A DNA stretch of 64,000 nt from an uncultured Candidatus Peribacteria bacterium (GTDB taxonomy: Bacteria > Patescibacteriota > Gracilibacteria > UBA1369 > 2-02-FULL-48-14): assembly GCA_964360635.1 (NCBI GenBank), contig CAYHXO010000008.1, positions 2,772 to 66,771 on the forward strand, read 5' to 3'. The position numbers were made by a program, and so were the translations under genes. Position 1 is the stretch's first letter; every line of letters starts with the position of its first letter. Of this stretch, positions 55,773 to 64,000 are shown in pieces. The notes beneath the pieces were generated by a model. The model saw nothing but the letters and a program-made list of their open reading frames with translations. It made no database searches and had not been told where the DNA came from.

Positions 55773-56717
55773 TTACTGTGCTGTGAATGCCGCTCCGGCT
55801 TTGCCTTCGCGCTGTTCAATCTTTAATGATTCTTTCAGTGAGTTTAGCGCAATTTCCAATTGTTTGTCATCGGGTTCTTTAGTTGTAAGCCTTTGAATTA
55901 AAAGCCCAGGTAAAACGAATAATTTTATACAAACATTTTTTCCGTATTTCGCGCTGAATTTTAAAAACTCATAGCTTATGCCGGCAATTAGTGGCAGTGA
56001 AGCAATTCTCGAAAAGAAGTTCACCGCAAAACTCTCGGATTTTGGTAGAAAAGTATAAACCATAACGCTCATTATAATCACAATAAAAATAAAACTTGTT
56101 CCGCAACGTGGGTGGAAGCGAGTTTGTTTCCGGGCATTTTCAACAGTCAGAGGAAGGCCTTTTTCATATGTCCAAACTGATTTATGTTCAGCGCCGTGAT
56201 ATTGAAAAACTCTTCGAATATCTTTTAAGATTGAAATCCCCAGAATGTATCCAAGAAAGATCGCAATTTTTGTTAGGCCGTCAATTGCATTAAAAAGAAT
56301 GTAGTAATTTTTTACTAGAGGCAAAGCCTCAGAAACTTTCTCTGCGACCCAAAGTGGAATAAATTTAAGCATGAAAAGTGTCAAACCCAATGTCACCGCA
56401 ACGTACAAAATTCCAAAAAAACCATAAACATATTTCTTCCAGCCTTTTTGTTCCACCTTTACTTCGCCTGTATAAACATCACTTGAATAATCTAAAGCCC
56501 TAAAACCAATTATCATTGATTCCACCAACTGAACTCCTCCACGAATAATCGGGAGACTAAAAAATCCCTTTTTCGTACGGGAAGAAAACTTAGCTTGCAT
56601 CATTTTTATACTACCGTCTTCATGCCGAACTGAAACGGTGTAGTAATTTGGAGATCGCATCATAACTCCTTCGAGTACGGCCTGCCCTCCAATAGCGAAA
56701 TCAATTTTTTCAGTCAT
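55773..56717 (-). CDS. DUF1385-family membrane protein
   Basis: 314 aa. IGGQAVLEGVMMRSP, YHGAEHK, several TM segments. Confidence 0.7.
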   Translation of the reverse strand: MTEKIDFAIGGQAVLEGVMMRSPNYYTVSVRHEDGSIKMMQAKFSSRTKKGFFSLPIIRGGVQLVESMIIGFRALDYSSDVYTGEVKVEQKGWKKYVYGFFGILYVAVTLGLTLFMLKFIPLWVAEKVSEALPLVKNYYILFNAIDGLTKIAIFLGYILGISILKDIRRVFQYHGAEHKSVWTYEKGLPLTVENARKQTRFHPRCGTSFIFIVIIMSVMVYTFLPKSESFAVNFFSRIASLPLIAGISYEFLKFSAKYGKNVCIKLFVLPGLLIQRLTTKEPDDKQLEIALNSLKESLKIEQREGKAGAAFTAQ

Positions 56718-57361
56718 ATATTTTTAGCAAATGTGATAATTGTACCAAAACGTTGTTTACACCCATTCCTTCTAAAAGAAAACCACCCTTCGTCACATTT
56801 CGTACATATATTCATATGATCGATATTTTCATTTTTGATTCCCAAATCCGCCAGTTGTTTCAAAGCTATGGCATTTAAATCAACTTTTTTCCCATGAATT
56901 GCCCAATGAAATTTCTTTGGTATCTCATTCTCAGGATCAGAAAACTCGCTGCATTCAAACCCTAATGACGGGCCAATTCCAACGCGCATTCCCTCCGCCG
57001 TACAGCCCATTTCAATCATTTTCTCGAGAGTTTTTGGAATTATATCTTGTGTAAGGCTCCTCCAACCCGCATGCACCACAGCGACAATCCCTCTGCCGGC
57101 AAAAACTAAAGGAATACAATCTGCAGTTTTCACCATAAGAGTAACTCCTGGCTTATTGCAGATTATTGCATCATGACCGATTTCATCTTCATGATAATCC
57201 TCAAAAATCATAATATCACTACCGTGAACCTGTTTCATTGTTTGCACTGGAAAAGGCAGACCTTGTAAAACATCTTCTTGGATTACCGCCGCATTTATTC
57301 CTGAACCTAAATCTAAGTCATGAATCTGCATTTTTTTGACAATAGGCAATGTAAAAGTCAT
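56714..57361 (-). CDS. YfiH/PgeF-family (laccase-domain) protein
   Basis: 215 aa. QVHGSDI, TADCIPLVF, VHAGWRS. Confidence 0.75.
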   Translation of the reverse strand: MTFTLPIVKKMQIHDLDLGSGINAAVIQEDVLQGLPFPVQTMKQVHGSDIMIFEDYHEDEIGHDAIICNKPGVTLMVKTADCIPLVFAGRGIVAVVHAGWRSLTQDIIPKTLEKMIEMGCTAEGMRVGIGPSLGFECSEFSDPENEIPKKFHWAIHGKKVDLNAIALKQLADLGIKNENIDHMNICTKCDEGWFSFRRNGCKQRFGTIITFAKNI

Positions 57362-57387
57362 ACTGACTATACCAATTTTTAAACTTT

Positions 57388-58344
57388 ATGAATAAGAAAA
57401 AACACGTCCTTGCAGTTTACCTTTGTGTTGCTGTGGCTCTTTTGGTTGGAGGTTTATTCTACCTAAGAGAAGCGAGTACTATAATCAATACTCATGAATC
57501 TATTGAAAACGCTGAACAGATAGATAAATTACAAAAAGTAATGTTTTGGTCTGGCATGAGTAGAGTGGTTCTTGCTGGAATTCCATATGAAATGCTTCAT
57601 TTTACAGCTGAAAATGAGCCTACTTACAGTAAACTTGATGAAAATAACGAACTTTTGAAGACAACTTTTGAAAACTATCCCGGGCAATTTCCTTATTTTT
57701 GTGGAATTGATCCTCATGATTTCTCTGCACTTGAAAAAATTGAAACTTGCATGAAGGAAGGGGCACTAGGAATTAAAATTTACGATGGATATAAGGCATA
57801 TCACACACTAGCATTGGACAATGCGGACATGTTGAAAATTTTCGCAAAAATTCAAGAACTCGGTGGAATTTTGTTGATGCCTGTGAGTACTGAAAATTTC
57901 AGAACAGAATTTGAGAATATGTTGAAATTAAACCCAGATTTGCCGGTTATTTGCTCTCATTATTGCCTTTCTTCAAAGAATTTGGACAGGCTTACTGAAT
58001 TAATGGGAACTTATCCAAATCTCTATATCGATACAAGTTTTGGATTTATTGATTATGCCATTGCAGGATTCCAAACCATTACAGCAAATCACGATCAATT
58101 CTTATCTTTCTTCACTGATTATCAAGACAGGATATTTTTTGCAACCGACAATGTGATTACAGGTTTTGAAAGCAAAGATCGTGATTGGATTACTGCTCTT
58201 TATTCTGATTATATTTCCATTCTTACTGAAGGAGAGTTTGAGTCAAAATCACAAGATGACACAATATATAAAGGACTTGGCTTGTCATCTTCAATTCAAC
58301 ACAAAGTTTTCTCCGAAAACTGGAATAAACTGACCGAAAAATGA
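57388..58344 (+). CDS. Membrane-anchored metal-dependent hydrolase-like protein (amidohydrolase/TIM-barrel-like)
   Basis: 318 aa. N-terminal TM helix. ICSHYC, YIDTSF and FATDN are reminiscent of Amidohydro_2 proteins. This is a weak call. Confidence 0.35.
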   Translation: MNKKKHVLAVYLCVAVALLVGGLFYLREASTIINTHESIENAEQIDKLQKVMFWSGMSRVVLAGIPYEMLHFTAENEPTYSKLDENNELLKTTFENYPGQFPYFCGIDPHDFSALEKIETCMKEGALGIKIYDGYKAYHTLALDNADMLKIFAKIQELGGILLMPVSTENFRTEFENMLKLNPDLPVICSHYCLSSKNLDRLTELMGTYPNLYIDTSFGFIDYAIAGFQTITANHDQFLSFFTDYQDRIFFATDNVITGFESKDRDWITALYSDYISILTEGEFESKSQDDTIYKGLGLSSSIQHKVFSENWNKLTEK

Positions 58345-59171
58345 AAAAATTTTGGATCGTAGGGCATCCACTTTCTTTCTGTCTCTGTACACCTGTTTCT
58401 AACGGTGCATTTAAAGAACTTGCTTTCGATGCTGAGTTCGAAACTCACGATGTCGCTCCGGATGACCTACATCTCGTGATGGAAAAAATTCGCTCAGGTG
58501 AGCTTGCTGGTGCAGTTACAACCATGCCACATAAAACTCCCGCACTAGAATTGTTGGATGAAAGTACTGATGAGGCAAAAGCAATTAACGCGGTTAATCT
58601 TGTGCTGGGTCACTCACCGAATGGTGAGCTTCCCTATAAGTTAAAAGGTTACAACACAGATTGGCTTGGTGCTCTCGGCGCAGTTAAATCTCTAATTCCA
58701 GAGCTTAAAGGAAAACACATTTTAGTACTTGGAGCTGGTGGAGCAGCTCGAGCAGCGGCTTACGCTTTTCACAAAGAAGGTGCGAATGTTTCAATTTGGA
58801 ATCGAACGTCTGAACGAGCAAAAGCTTTTGCCGAAAAAATGCAAATTACACAGATTCCGGACATGCGAAAATGGGACGGAGAACCAGATATAATTATTAA
58901 CGCAACTTCAGCCAGTTATCAGCCAAGCCAATCAACTCTTGTACCATTTCCACTCTGGAAAAATGTACAATTGGCAATGGATGCGGTTTACGGTAAAACC
59001 AGCCTTTTCCTTGAAGAAGCAAATGCTGCCAAAGTAAAACATATCATTTCCGGAGATGTTTGGTTCTTAAATCAAGCGGCACCACTTTTGGAAATAATTA
59101 CGGGAAAGAAAGCGCCCTTGGAGCTGATGAAAAAACTCACAGACGAGGCCGTGGATATTATAAAATCCTAG
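58341..59171 (+). CDS. aroE: Shikimate dehydrogenase
   Basis: 276 aa. GAVTTMPHKT, GYNTDWLG, VLGAGGAARAAAYA. Confidence 0.75.
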   Translation: MKKFWIVGHPLSFCLCTPVSNGAFKELAFDAEFETHDVAPDDLHLVMEKIRSGELAGAVTTMPHKTPALELLDESTDEAKAINAVNLVLGHSPNGELPYKLKGYNTDWLGALGAVKSLIPELKGKHILVLGAGGAARAAAYAFHKEGANVSIWNRTSERAKAFAEKMQITQIPDMRKWDGEPDIIINATSASYQPSQSTLVPFPLWKNVQLAMDAVYGKTSLFLEEANAAKVKHIISGDVWFLNQAAPLLEIITGKKAPLELMKKLTDEAVDIIKS

Positions 59172-59242
59172 CTAGTTTTTTGTAGTTGAGTTGGTGACAA
59201 AATGTCACGAGTTGAACCTACTAAGTTTTTGATAGAGATAAC

Positions 59243-59277
59243 TGTTGTCAGCCCTTCGACAACAGGAAATTGATCTG
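59243..59277 (+). promoter_or_regulatory. Composite motif TGTTGTCA-N7-GACAAC-N6-TTGATCTG, copy B (upstream of the Bro-N gene)
   Basis: Read directly: (C)TGTTGTCAgcccttcGACAACaggaaaTTGATCTG. Here the inverted repeat is a perfect 8+8 bp, CTGTTGTC-N8-GACAACAG. Confidence 0.45.
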
Positions 59278-59348
59278 TTAAATGGAATCCTTATTTGTCA
59301 TATTCCAATTTGGAAATCAAAATCTCAACGTATTTTATAAAAATTATT

Positions 59349-60206
59349 ATGACAACAAAAATTGCTTTGTTCGGCGGGAAGAAAATTAGAAAAACTATGC
59401 ATCAAGATGAGTGGTGGTTCTCGATTGTTGATGTTATCGAAGTATTAACAGATAGCGCAAAACCGAGTGTTTATTGGAGTGTCATGAAGGCTCGTGTTAA
59501 AAATGAAGAGGGATCCCAGTTGTTTACAATTTGTAAACAACTCAAACTTGAAGCTTTGGATGGCAAAAAATATGAAACCGACTGTGCCAACACCGAAGGC
59601 ATCTTCCGCATTATTCAATCAATTCCTTCTCCAAAAGCTGAACCTTTCAAACGTTGGCTGGCTAAAGTTGGATATGAGCGTGTGCAAGAAATAGAAAATC
59701 CTGAACTTAGCGCAAATCGAACTCGAGCCATCTACAAAGCCAAAGGATACAGCGATGACTGGATAGAAAAAAGAATTCGCGGAATCGCCATCAGAGAAGA
59801 ATTAACAGATGAATGGAGAAATCGTGGAGCCGCATTCGACGATTACGAAATTCTAACTGCAGAGATTTCCAAAGCGACTTTTGGAGTAACTCCTCGTTCA
59901 TACAAAAAAATGAAAGGCCTCAAGCGCGAAAATCTTAGAGATCACATGAATGATTTTGAACTAATTTTCAATATGCTTGGTGAGCGTTCCACAACAGAAA
60001 TTCATCGAAGTGAAAATTCGAAAGGTGTACCAAAATTACAAGAAGACGCAAAATTCGGAGGTGACATTGCCGGCGGTGCAAGAAAAAAGCTTGAACAAAG
60101 ACTCGGGCGATCAATAATATCGACAGAAAATTTCCTTAAAGGTCTTCAAAAGCATTCTCCCGAATCAAAAATTCCCAAGCAAATAAAGCCACAGCGGAAA
60201 CAATAA
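59349..60206 (+). CDS. Bro-N-domain protein (phage antirepressor / DinD-like)
   Basis: The track ORF begins with TTG at 59295. I moved the start to ATG (MTTKIALFGG). IRKTMHQDEWWFSIVDVIEVL is Bro-N-like. KAEPFKRWLAKVGYERVQE and the following helical region resemble DinD/antirepressor C-termini. Confidence 0.5.
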   Translation: MTTKIALFGGKKIRKTMHQDEWWFSIVDVIEVLTDSAKPSVYWSVMKARVKNEEGSQLFTICKQLKLEALDGKKYETDCANTEGIFRIIQSIPSPKAEPFKRWLAKVGYERVQEIENPELSANRTRAIYKAKGYSDDWIEKRIRGIAIREELTDEWRNRGAAFDDYEILTAEISKATFGVTPRSYKKMKGLKRENLRDHMNDFELIFNMLGERSTTEIHRSENSKGVPKLQEDAKFGGDIAGGARKKLEQRLGRSIISTENFLKGLQKHSPESKIPKQIKPQRKQ

Positions 60207-60609
60207 ATACGTCGGCTAAATTGAATGTTGGCCACCAATAAACTTTCAAAAAATCAACAACATATCCAAGTCGGAATCTATCAATTGTATTTCCAATTGC
60301 GCCAGCCAAAAGCAAAGCTAAACCTGTTAAATGCCAGTGATCACGCCATAATTTATTTTCAATTACAAGCCAAACTCCAAGCCCAAAAACCGCGATAGTT
60401 AAAACCCATATCATCCAAATTGGTAAGTTTAATCCAAACACAATTCCGTCATTGTAAGACAAAGCCATTCCAATATTTTGATCATTTATTGAGTCCAAAT
60501 TTTTAACTGCCCACCATTTTGAAATTTGATCTGCACCAAATAAAACCAAAAAAAGCGGACCGAAAAATTTCCAAATTCTATCCAATTCCGGCGACCTCGC
60601 AAATTTCAT
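60136..60609 (-). CDS. lspA: Lipoprotein signal peptidase II
   Basis: I moved the start to MKFARSPELD. The track ORF extends to 60894 with a TTG start through low-complexity sequence antisense to the giant ORF. Motifs: NDGIVFGLNL, GAIGNTIDRFRLGYVVDFL, WPTFNLADVFI. Confidence 0.8.
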   Translation of the reverse strand: MKFARSPELDRIWKFFGPLFLVLFGADQISKWWAVKNLDSINDQNIGMALSYNDGIVFGLNLPIWMIWVLTIAVFGLGVWLVIENKLWRDHWHLTGLALLLAGAIGNTIDRFRLGYVVDFLKVYWWPTFNLADVFIVSAVALFAWEFLIRENAFEDL

Positions 60610-60667
60610 AATATTTCGTTTACATTCCCACCATATAAGACCCATAAAATTTCGCAAACTTTCAGGG

Positions 60668-60696
60668 TTGACCAAAACGCCATAATACTGTATACT
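60668..60696 (+). promoter_or_regulatory. sigma70-like promoter candidate (TTGACC-17 nt-TATACT) for the giant ORF
   Basis: TTGACC at 60668-60673 and TATACT at 60691-60696. A second perfect TATAAT lies at 60709-60714, just 5 nt before the ATG at 60719. No obvious Shine-Dalgarno sequence. Confidence 0.35.
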
Positions 60697-60718
60697 TTTA
60701 TATTGAAATATAATCACT

Positions 60719-63700
60719 ATGGCAAATCCTATAACAGCATCAGATATCGACGACGTAAAGCCTGATCCAGCCGACGCTGGAACTGACTCTGGTTCCGAAC
60801 CAGAGTCTGAGGCTGGCTTCGAAGACGAAGAGCCAACTTTAGCTGGTGACAAAGGTGAAAAACCAGAATCAAAAAAACCATCATTGTTGGACAACGCTCG
60901 TGATGCTGTTAAATCAGGTGTTAAGAATGTTTATTCAAAAGTTAAAGATGCAAACGATGGAAGAGTAAAAGAGAATGAGAGAATAAAGAAAGAATATGAT
61001 GCAAGGCGTGCAGCAATTGAGGAAGCAAATAAGTTGGTTAATGACGGTGAAATTAATAATGAGCCTAATGAATACAGAAGAAAAGAAAAAATGAGAGAAA
61101 TTATAAGCCGTAGATTAAGTTCGACAGGCGTTAATGTAAAATTTATTGATGAAGCGATTGAATCAGCTATAAAAGCAAAAAAAATTAGAGATGATAAAGA
61201 AAAGAAAGAAAGTGACATTGCGATTGATAAGGAACAATCAGAGTTTATAAAATCTGTTTTAGATCTACCCGAAATAAAGGATATAAAAGATAAGCAGAAG
61301 AAAAGAGAAAAAATAAAAGAGAAGGTAAAGGCTAAAACAAAAAAAGTTTTTCGTGATAGAATGGGAAATGGGATTTCATCAGATTTTAATGAAAAAAGAT
61401 TTAACCAAGCTTTTGATAGAGCTTACGAACAACAGGAATCAAATTTTGATGGCCTTATTGACAAGGGTTTGAAGGATGAAGATGAGAAAGAAAAAATAAA
61501 AGCCAGAAAAGCCGAAGCCGCAAAAAAACGTTCAGAATCAAAACCAATAATCACAACTGAAAAATTTCTACTCGCTACTACTCTCGCTATCCACACAGGA
61601 GCATCTCTTGGTGGAATGGCTGTTGACGGTACTGTTGCAGTTGCAAAAGGCACAGGACGATTAGTTAGAGAAGAAGTTGTTGGAATTGCAAACAGTGGAG
61701 TCGAATTAGGAAAACAGGTTGGAAAGACTGTAGTTTATCCATTTGGACGAATTGGATTCGGAGCAAAAAATCGATTCAGTCGTGGCTTAGATTGGGCATT
61801 AAATTGGCCAACTGATCACAGTGATGTTGTAAAAAAATCTCATGCACCAGTACATCCAGAAGAACCAAAAGCAGATCATGGAGGACACGCAACTCCAGCC
61901 GCAGCAGCTGCCGGCCCATCAAAGCCAAACATCCTTTCAAGAGGTATAGATTATGTCGGTGGTGGACTTTCTTCAATTGCCGGAGGCATGTGGAATTTAA
62001 CAAAAAAAGCTTGGTACAGAACTCAGCAGGCAGTCTTAGCGACTGTTGTTGCTCCAGCAGGATTAGTTCTGGGTGCACTTGAAGGTGCCGCACTCGCAAT
62101 TCCACACGATATCATTGGTGTTCACTGGGAAGGCGAGGCATCAGTTAGCGAAACAGGCGCAGCTGCAAGAAAAACTACTGACAAAAAATTCCACGTTGAT
62201 GGTGGTGCACTTGGCATTTTACTTGCCGGCGGAAACACAGTGAAAGATATAGTTTGGGACGCGCCAATTCGTGCATTCGAAGAACAATTAACTACTATAA
62301 AGGAGACACCTATTGAAGATAAACCTGCAGCAAAAGCTGCCGACAAAGCTCATCCTAAACCTGCAGAGGCTCCAAAAGCTGAAGCATCAGCCGGAGGTGG
62401 ACATGCTAAACCAGAAGAAAAGCATCCTAAGCCTGAGGAAAAAGCACATGATAAAGAACATGAAAAGCCGGCCGAGAAACCTGCAGAAAAAATAGCTGAA
62501 ACTGATTCAGCTGGTCCTGGCGAGCACCCTAAAGAGGACCACGACGACCACCACAAAAAGTCGGTAGTGCCTGTGCATACTGATAAAAAGACAGGATTTA
62601 CAGCAAGAGTTAAAGGAATTGGAAATGCAATAAAGGCTTTTAGTGAATATGTTCGAGAAGATGAACCTACACAAGCTGACTTTGAAAAAGCTATTGATGC
62701 AATGGATGAAGCCGTTGGCAGTGAAGATGGTAGCGTGATTGGTGCTCTAGCGAAATCAGGCCGAAATATATTAGGGCGACCCGACAATATTGAAGTGCAT
62801 TACGACGAACTCGGAAAACAAATGTTCAAACTTAAGACCAAGGATCGTGAAGCATTTTTCCGATCACTTAATATGGTTGATTTTAGAAAGAAGTTTAGGG
62901 TTTTAATTGAAAATCCTGGAGCAACCAGATTTACTGCCGGAATGAAAACAGACCCAGGAAAGCAAGATATAAAGGATCAAATTGCTAATTTATTTAACCA
63001 CAAAGGAGCATTAGATGCTGCTGAATTGGGAGCTATGATTGATGCTCTTGAAGATAAACTTGGAATTAGAGCTGCAGTAGCAGGCAGACCGGGAGAATTA
63101 AGAAGAGAACTTGAGAATATAAGGACGCTTTTGGCACCACAAACTTTAACACCACCTCTTGCAGCTAATACAAGATTGAATGATCTATTCCATAGTGCGG
63201 AAACTACAACTATTGATATTAATTACAAGGCACTTGGAGAACAGATTTTTAATTTGAAAACAGCTGATCAAACTAAGTTCTTTAGCTCATTTGACGAGGC
63301 AAAGTTTAATATAGAATTTCCATTAATCTCGTCATCACCAGTAACATCTGCGGCGGCAGATCTTGCCACGATGTTGGATAACGATGATGACGGTTCGCTG
63401 AGAAAAGGTGCTAAATTAGAAATTAATAATATACTTAAGTCAGATAGAAAATTAACAGTCAATGAAGTACTTGCAAGAGTGAATATTTTAAGAACAAAAC
63501 TTTCTTTACCTCAGCCGGCAGTTGCGAGGACTCCAACTGCATTTCCAGCAACTACACCACCTAGTACGCCTCCTCCAGCTCAAGTAACAGTATCCAGATT
63601 GTTAGATAATGTGCTGGCAGCGTTAGACAAAGATAACCTTGATAAGGTCTTTGCCCCTGAAATAGCTCCAAATTTAAATTACGCAAAATTTGGAGAAACA

Positions 63701-64000
63701 ATAAGTAAAATTAAAACAACACCACAAAGAGATGCATTTGTAAAAAATTACAGTAAGAGCGATTTCGAAATTTACTTCAGATCAATGCTGACGACTTCTA
63801 GTTTTGCTGAAAACACGAAAACACCAGACGGAAGGAAAATATTAAAAGGTAAAATCGCTTCATTATTAGGATATCCGGATGAAAGCGAGGTGCTTCCAGA
63901 TGAATTTAAAAATAGAATTGACGACTTAGTAAAAGCATTGAATACCCCAGCACTTACACCTACCACTCCAAGACCAGATGTCTTAGCAGGAATGGAAAAA
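60719..64000 (+). CDS. Very large protein of unknown function, at least 1,094 codons, 3' end outside the window
   Basis: Absent from the ORF track because no stop occurs before the window end. Hand translation from ATG 60719 is open for all 1,094 codons and ends exactly in frame at 64000. It begins MANPITASDIDDVKPDPADAGTDSGSEPESEAGFEDEEPT. Only short antisense shadow ORFs are listed in this region. Confidence 0.8.
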   Translation, partial: MANPITASDIDDVKPDPADAGTDSGSEPESEAGFEDEEPTLAGDKGEKPESKKPSLLDNARDAVKSGVKNVYSKVKDANDGRVKENERIKKEYDARRAAIEEANKLVNDGEINNEPNEYRRKEKMREIISRRLSSTGVNVKFIDEAIESAIKAKKIRDDKEKKESDIAIDKEQSEFIKSVLDLPEIKDIKDKQKKREKIKEKVKAKTKKVFRDRMGNGISSDFNEKRFNQAFDRAYEQQESNFDGLIDKGLKDEDEKEKIKARKAEAAKKRSESKPIITTEKFLLATTLAIHTGASLGGMAVDGTVAVAKGTGRLVREEVVGIANSGVELGKQVGKTVVYPFGRIGFGAKNRFSRGLDWALNWPTDHSDVVKKSHAPVHPEEPKADHGGHATPAAAAAGPSKPNILSRGIDYVGGGLSSIAGGMWNLTKKAWYRTQQAVLATVVAPAGLVLGALEGAALAIPHDIIGVHWEGEASVSETGAAARKTTDKKFHVDGGALGILLAGGNTVKDIVWDAPIRAFEEQLTTIKETPIEDKPAAKAADKAHPKPAEAPKAEASAGGGHAKPEEKHPKPEEKAHDKEHEKPAEKPAEKIAETDSAGPGEHPKEDHDDHHKKSVVPVHTDKKTGFTARVKGIGNAIKAFSEYVREDEPTQADFEKAIDAMDEAVGSEDGSVIGALAKSGRNILGRPDNIEVHYDELGKQMFKLKTKDREAFFRSLNMVDFRKKFRVLIENPGATRFTAGMKTDPGKQDIKDQIANLFNHKGALDAAELGAMIDALEDKLGIRAAVAGRPGELRRELENIRTLLAPQTLTPPLAANTRLNDLFHSAETTTIDINYKALGEQIFNLKTADQTKFFSSFDEAKFNIEFPLISSSPVTSAAADLATMLDNDDDGSLRKGAKLEINNILKSDRKLTVNEVLARVNILRTKLSLPQPAVARTPTAFPATTPPSTPPPAQVTVSRLLDNVLAALDKDNLDKVFAPEIAPNLNYAKFGETISKIKTTPQRDAFVKNYSKSDFEIYFRSMLTTSSFAENTKTPDGRKILKGKIASLLGYPDESEVLPDEFKNRIDDLVKALNTPALTPTTPRPDVLAGMEK
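62786..64000 (+). repeat. At least 3 diverged tandem protein modules (about 141-152 aa) inside the giant ORF
   Basis: Module heads: NIEVHYDELGKQMFKLKTKDREAFF, TIDINYKALGEQIFNLKTADQTKFF, PNLNYAKFGETISKIKTTPQRDAF. The conserved Tyr codons are at 62801, 63224 and 63680, spaced 423 and 456 nt apart. Each module ends in a Pro/Thr-rich linker. Confidence 0.6.

Noticed and set aside
50217-59277. The two composite motif copies are direct repeats, so they might mark the ends of a 9-kb mobile element
   Set aside because: The interval contains core housekeeping genes (aroE, the YfiH/PgeF-family gene, DUF1385). It has no integrase, transposase or other mobility gene. A regulatory role fits better.
59349-60206. 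Prophage or defence island around the Bro-N gene
   Set aside because: This is a single accessory gene wedged between aroE and lspA. No integrase, structural, lysis or typical defence genes are nearby, and no tRNA attachment site is visible.
60610-60894. N-terminal 95 residues of the track ORF 60136..60894 (lspA)
   Set aside because: This ORF starts with TTG. The extension is Ser/Gly/Pro low-complexity sequence antisense to the giant ORF's acidic head. A normal LspA N-terminus begins at MKFARSPELD (60609).
60931-63966. Seven minus-strand ORFs of 64-145 aa in the track (60931..61218, 61423..61653, 61776..62105, 62122..62346, 62350..62787, 63268..63462, 63772..63966) and one plus-strand ORF (62313..62495)
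   Set aside because: Their translations are low-complexity (Ser/Phe/Ala/Leu-rich). All lie antisense to, or out of frame with, one uninterrupted plus-strand frame from 60719 to 64000. They are shadow ORFs of the giant gene.
1-64000. Looked for rRNA, tRNA, CRISPR arrays, transposases, IS inverted repeats and use of an alternative genetic code
   Set aside because: Intergenic regions are too short and show no cloverleaf-like or repeat-spacer structure. No transposase or integrase-like ORF is present. Long ORFs are intact under the standard code, so UGA recoding is not indicated. This was a scan by eye, so small RNAs could have been missed.

Overview
AT-rich, very tightly packed bacterial DNA that reads cleanly under the standard genetic code. 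The taxon cannot be assigned from sequence alone. A small-genome uncultured lineage is only a guess. Positions 1-55752 form one very large cell-surface glycan biosynthesis and decoration region. It contains: (i) a complete pseudaminic-acid-type nonulosonic acid gene set (pseB, pseC, PseH-like GNAT, pseI, SpsF/PseF-type cytidylyltransferases) with many tailoring genes and a KpsS/KpsC-like candidate transferase; (ii) a run of SAM methyltransferases; (iii) two analogous three-gene cassettes, each with a GT2 polyprenyl-phosphate glycosyltransferase, an AsnB-family amidotransferase and a large polytopic membrane protein, and each with a GtrA-family gene plus methyltransferase nearby; (iv) a UDP-uronic acid branch (ugd, UXS-like, GAE-like and a second NDP-sugar dehydrogenase); (v) a gmd / ColD-like / ColC-like GDP-3,6-dideoxyhexose set; (vi) about nine GT4 glycosyltransferases; (vii) an operon combining a GT4-CE4 deacetylase fusion, a divergent DegT-like protein, a FemAB-like protein and a GT4. 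Positions 55773-60609 are housekeeping genes (DUF1385, YfiH/PgeF, amidohydrolase-like, aroE, lspA) plus a Bro-N-domain gene. Two open frames run off the window and are therefore absent from the ORF track: a Wzx-like flippase N-terminus (1-177, minus strand) and a plus-strand ORF of more than 1,094 codons (60719-64000) with diverged tandem modules and no family I can recognise. Outside the genes, the clearest signal is a 35-nt composite motif, TGTTGTCA-N7-GACAAC-N6-TTGATCTG. It occurs twice with identical spacing, upstream of a ribbon-helix-helix gene and upstream of the Bro-N gene. I saw no rRNA, tRNA, CRISPR array or transposase. ORF coordinates come from the supplied track. Adjusted start codons and all non-coding coordinates were indexed by hand and may be off by 1-2 nt. 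All family assignments rest on motif recognition by eye, not on searches.
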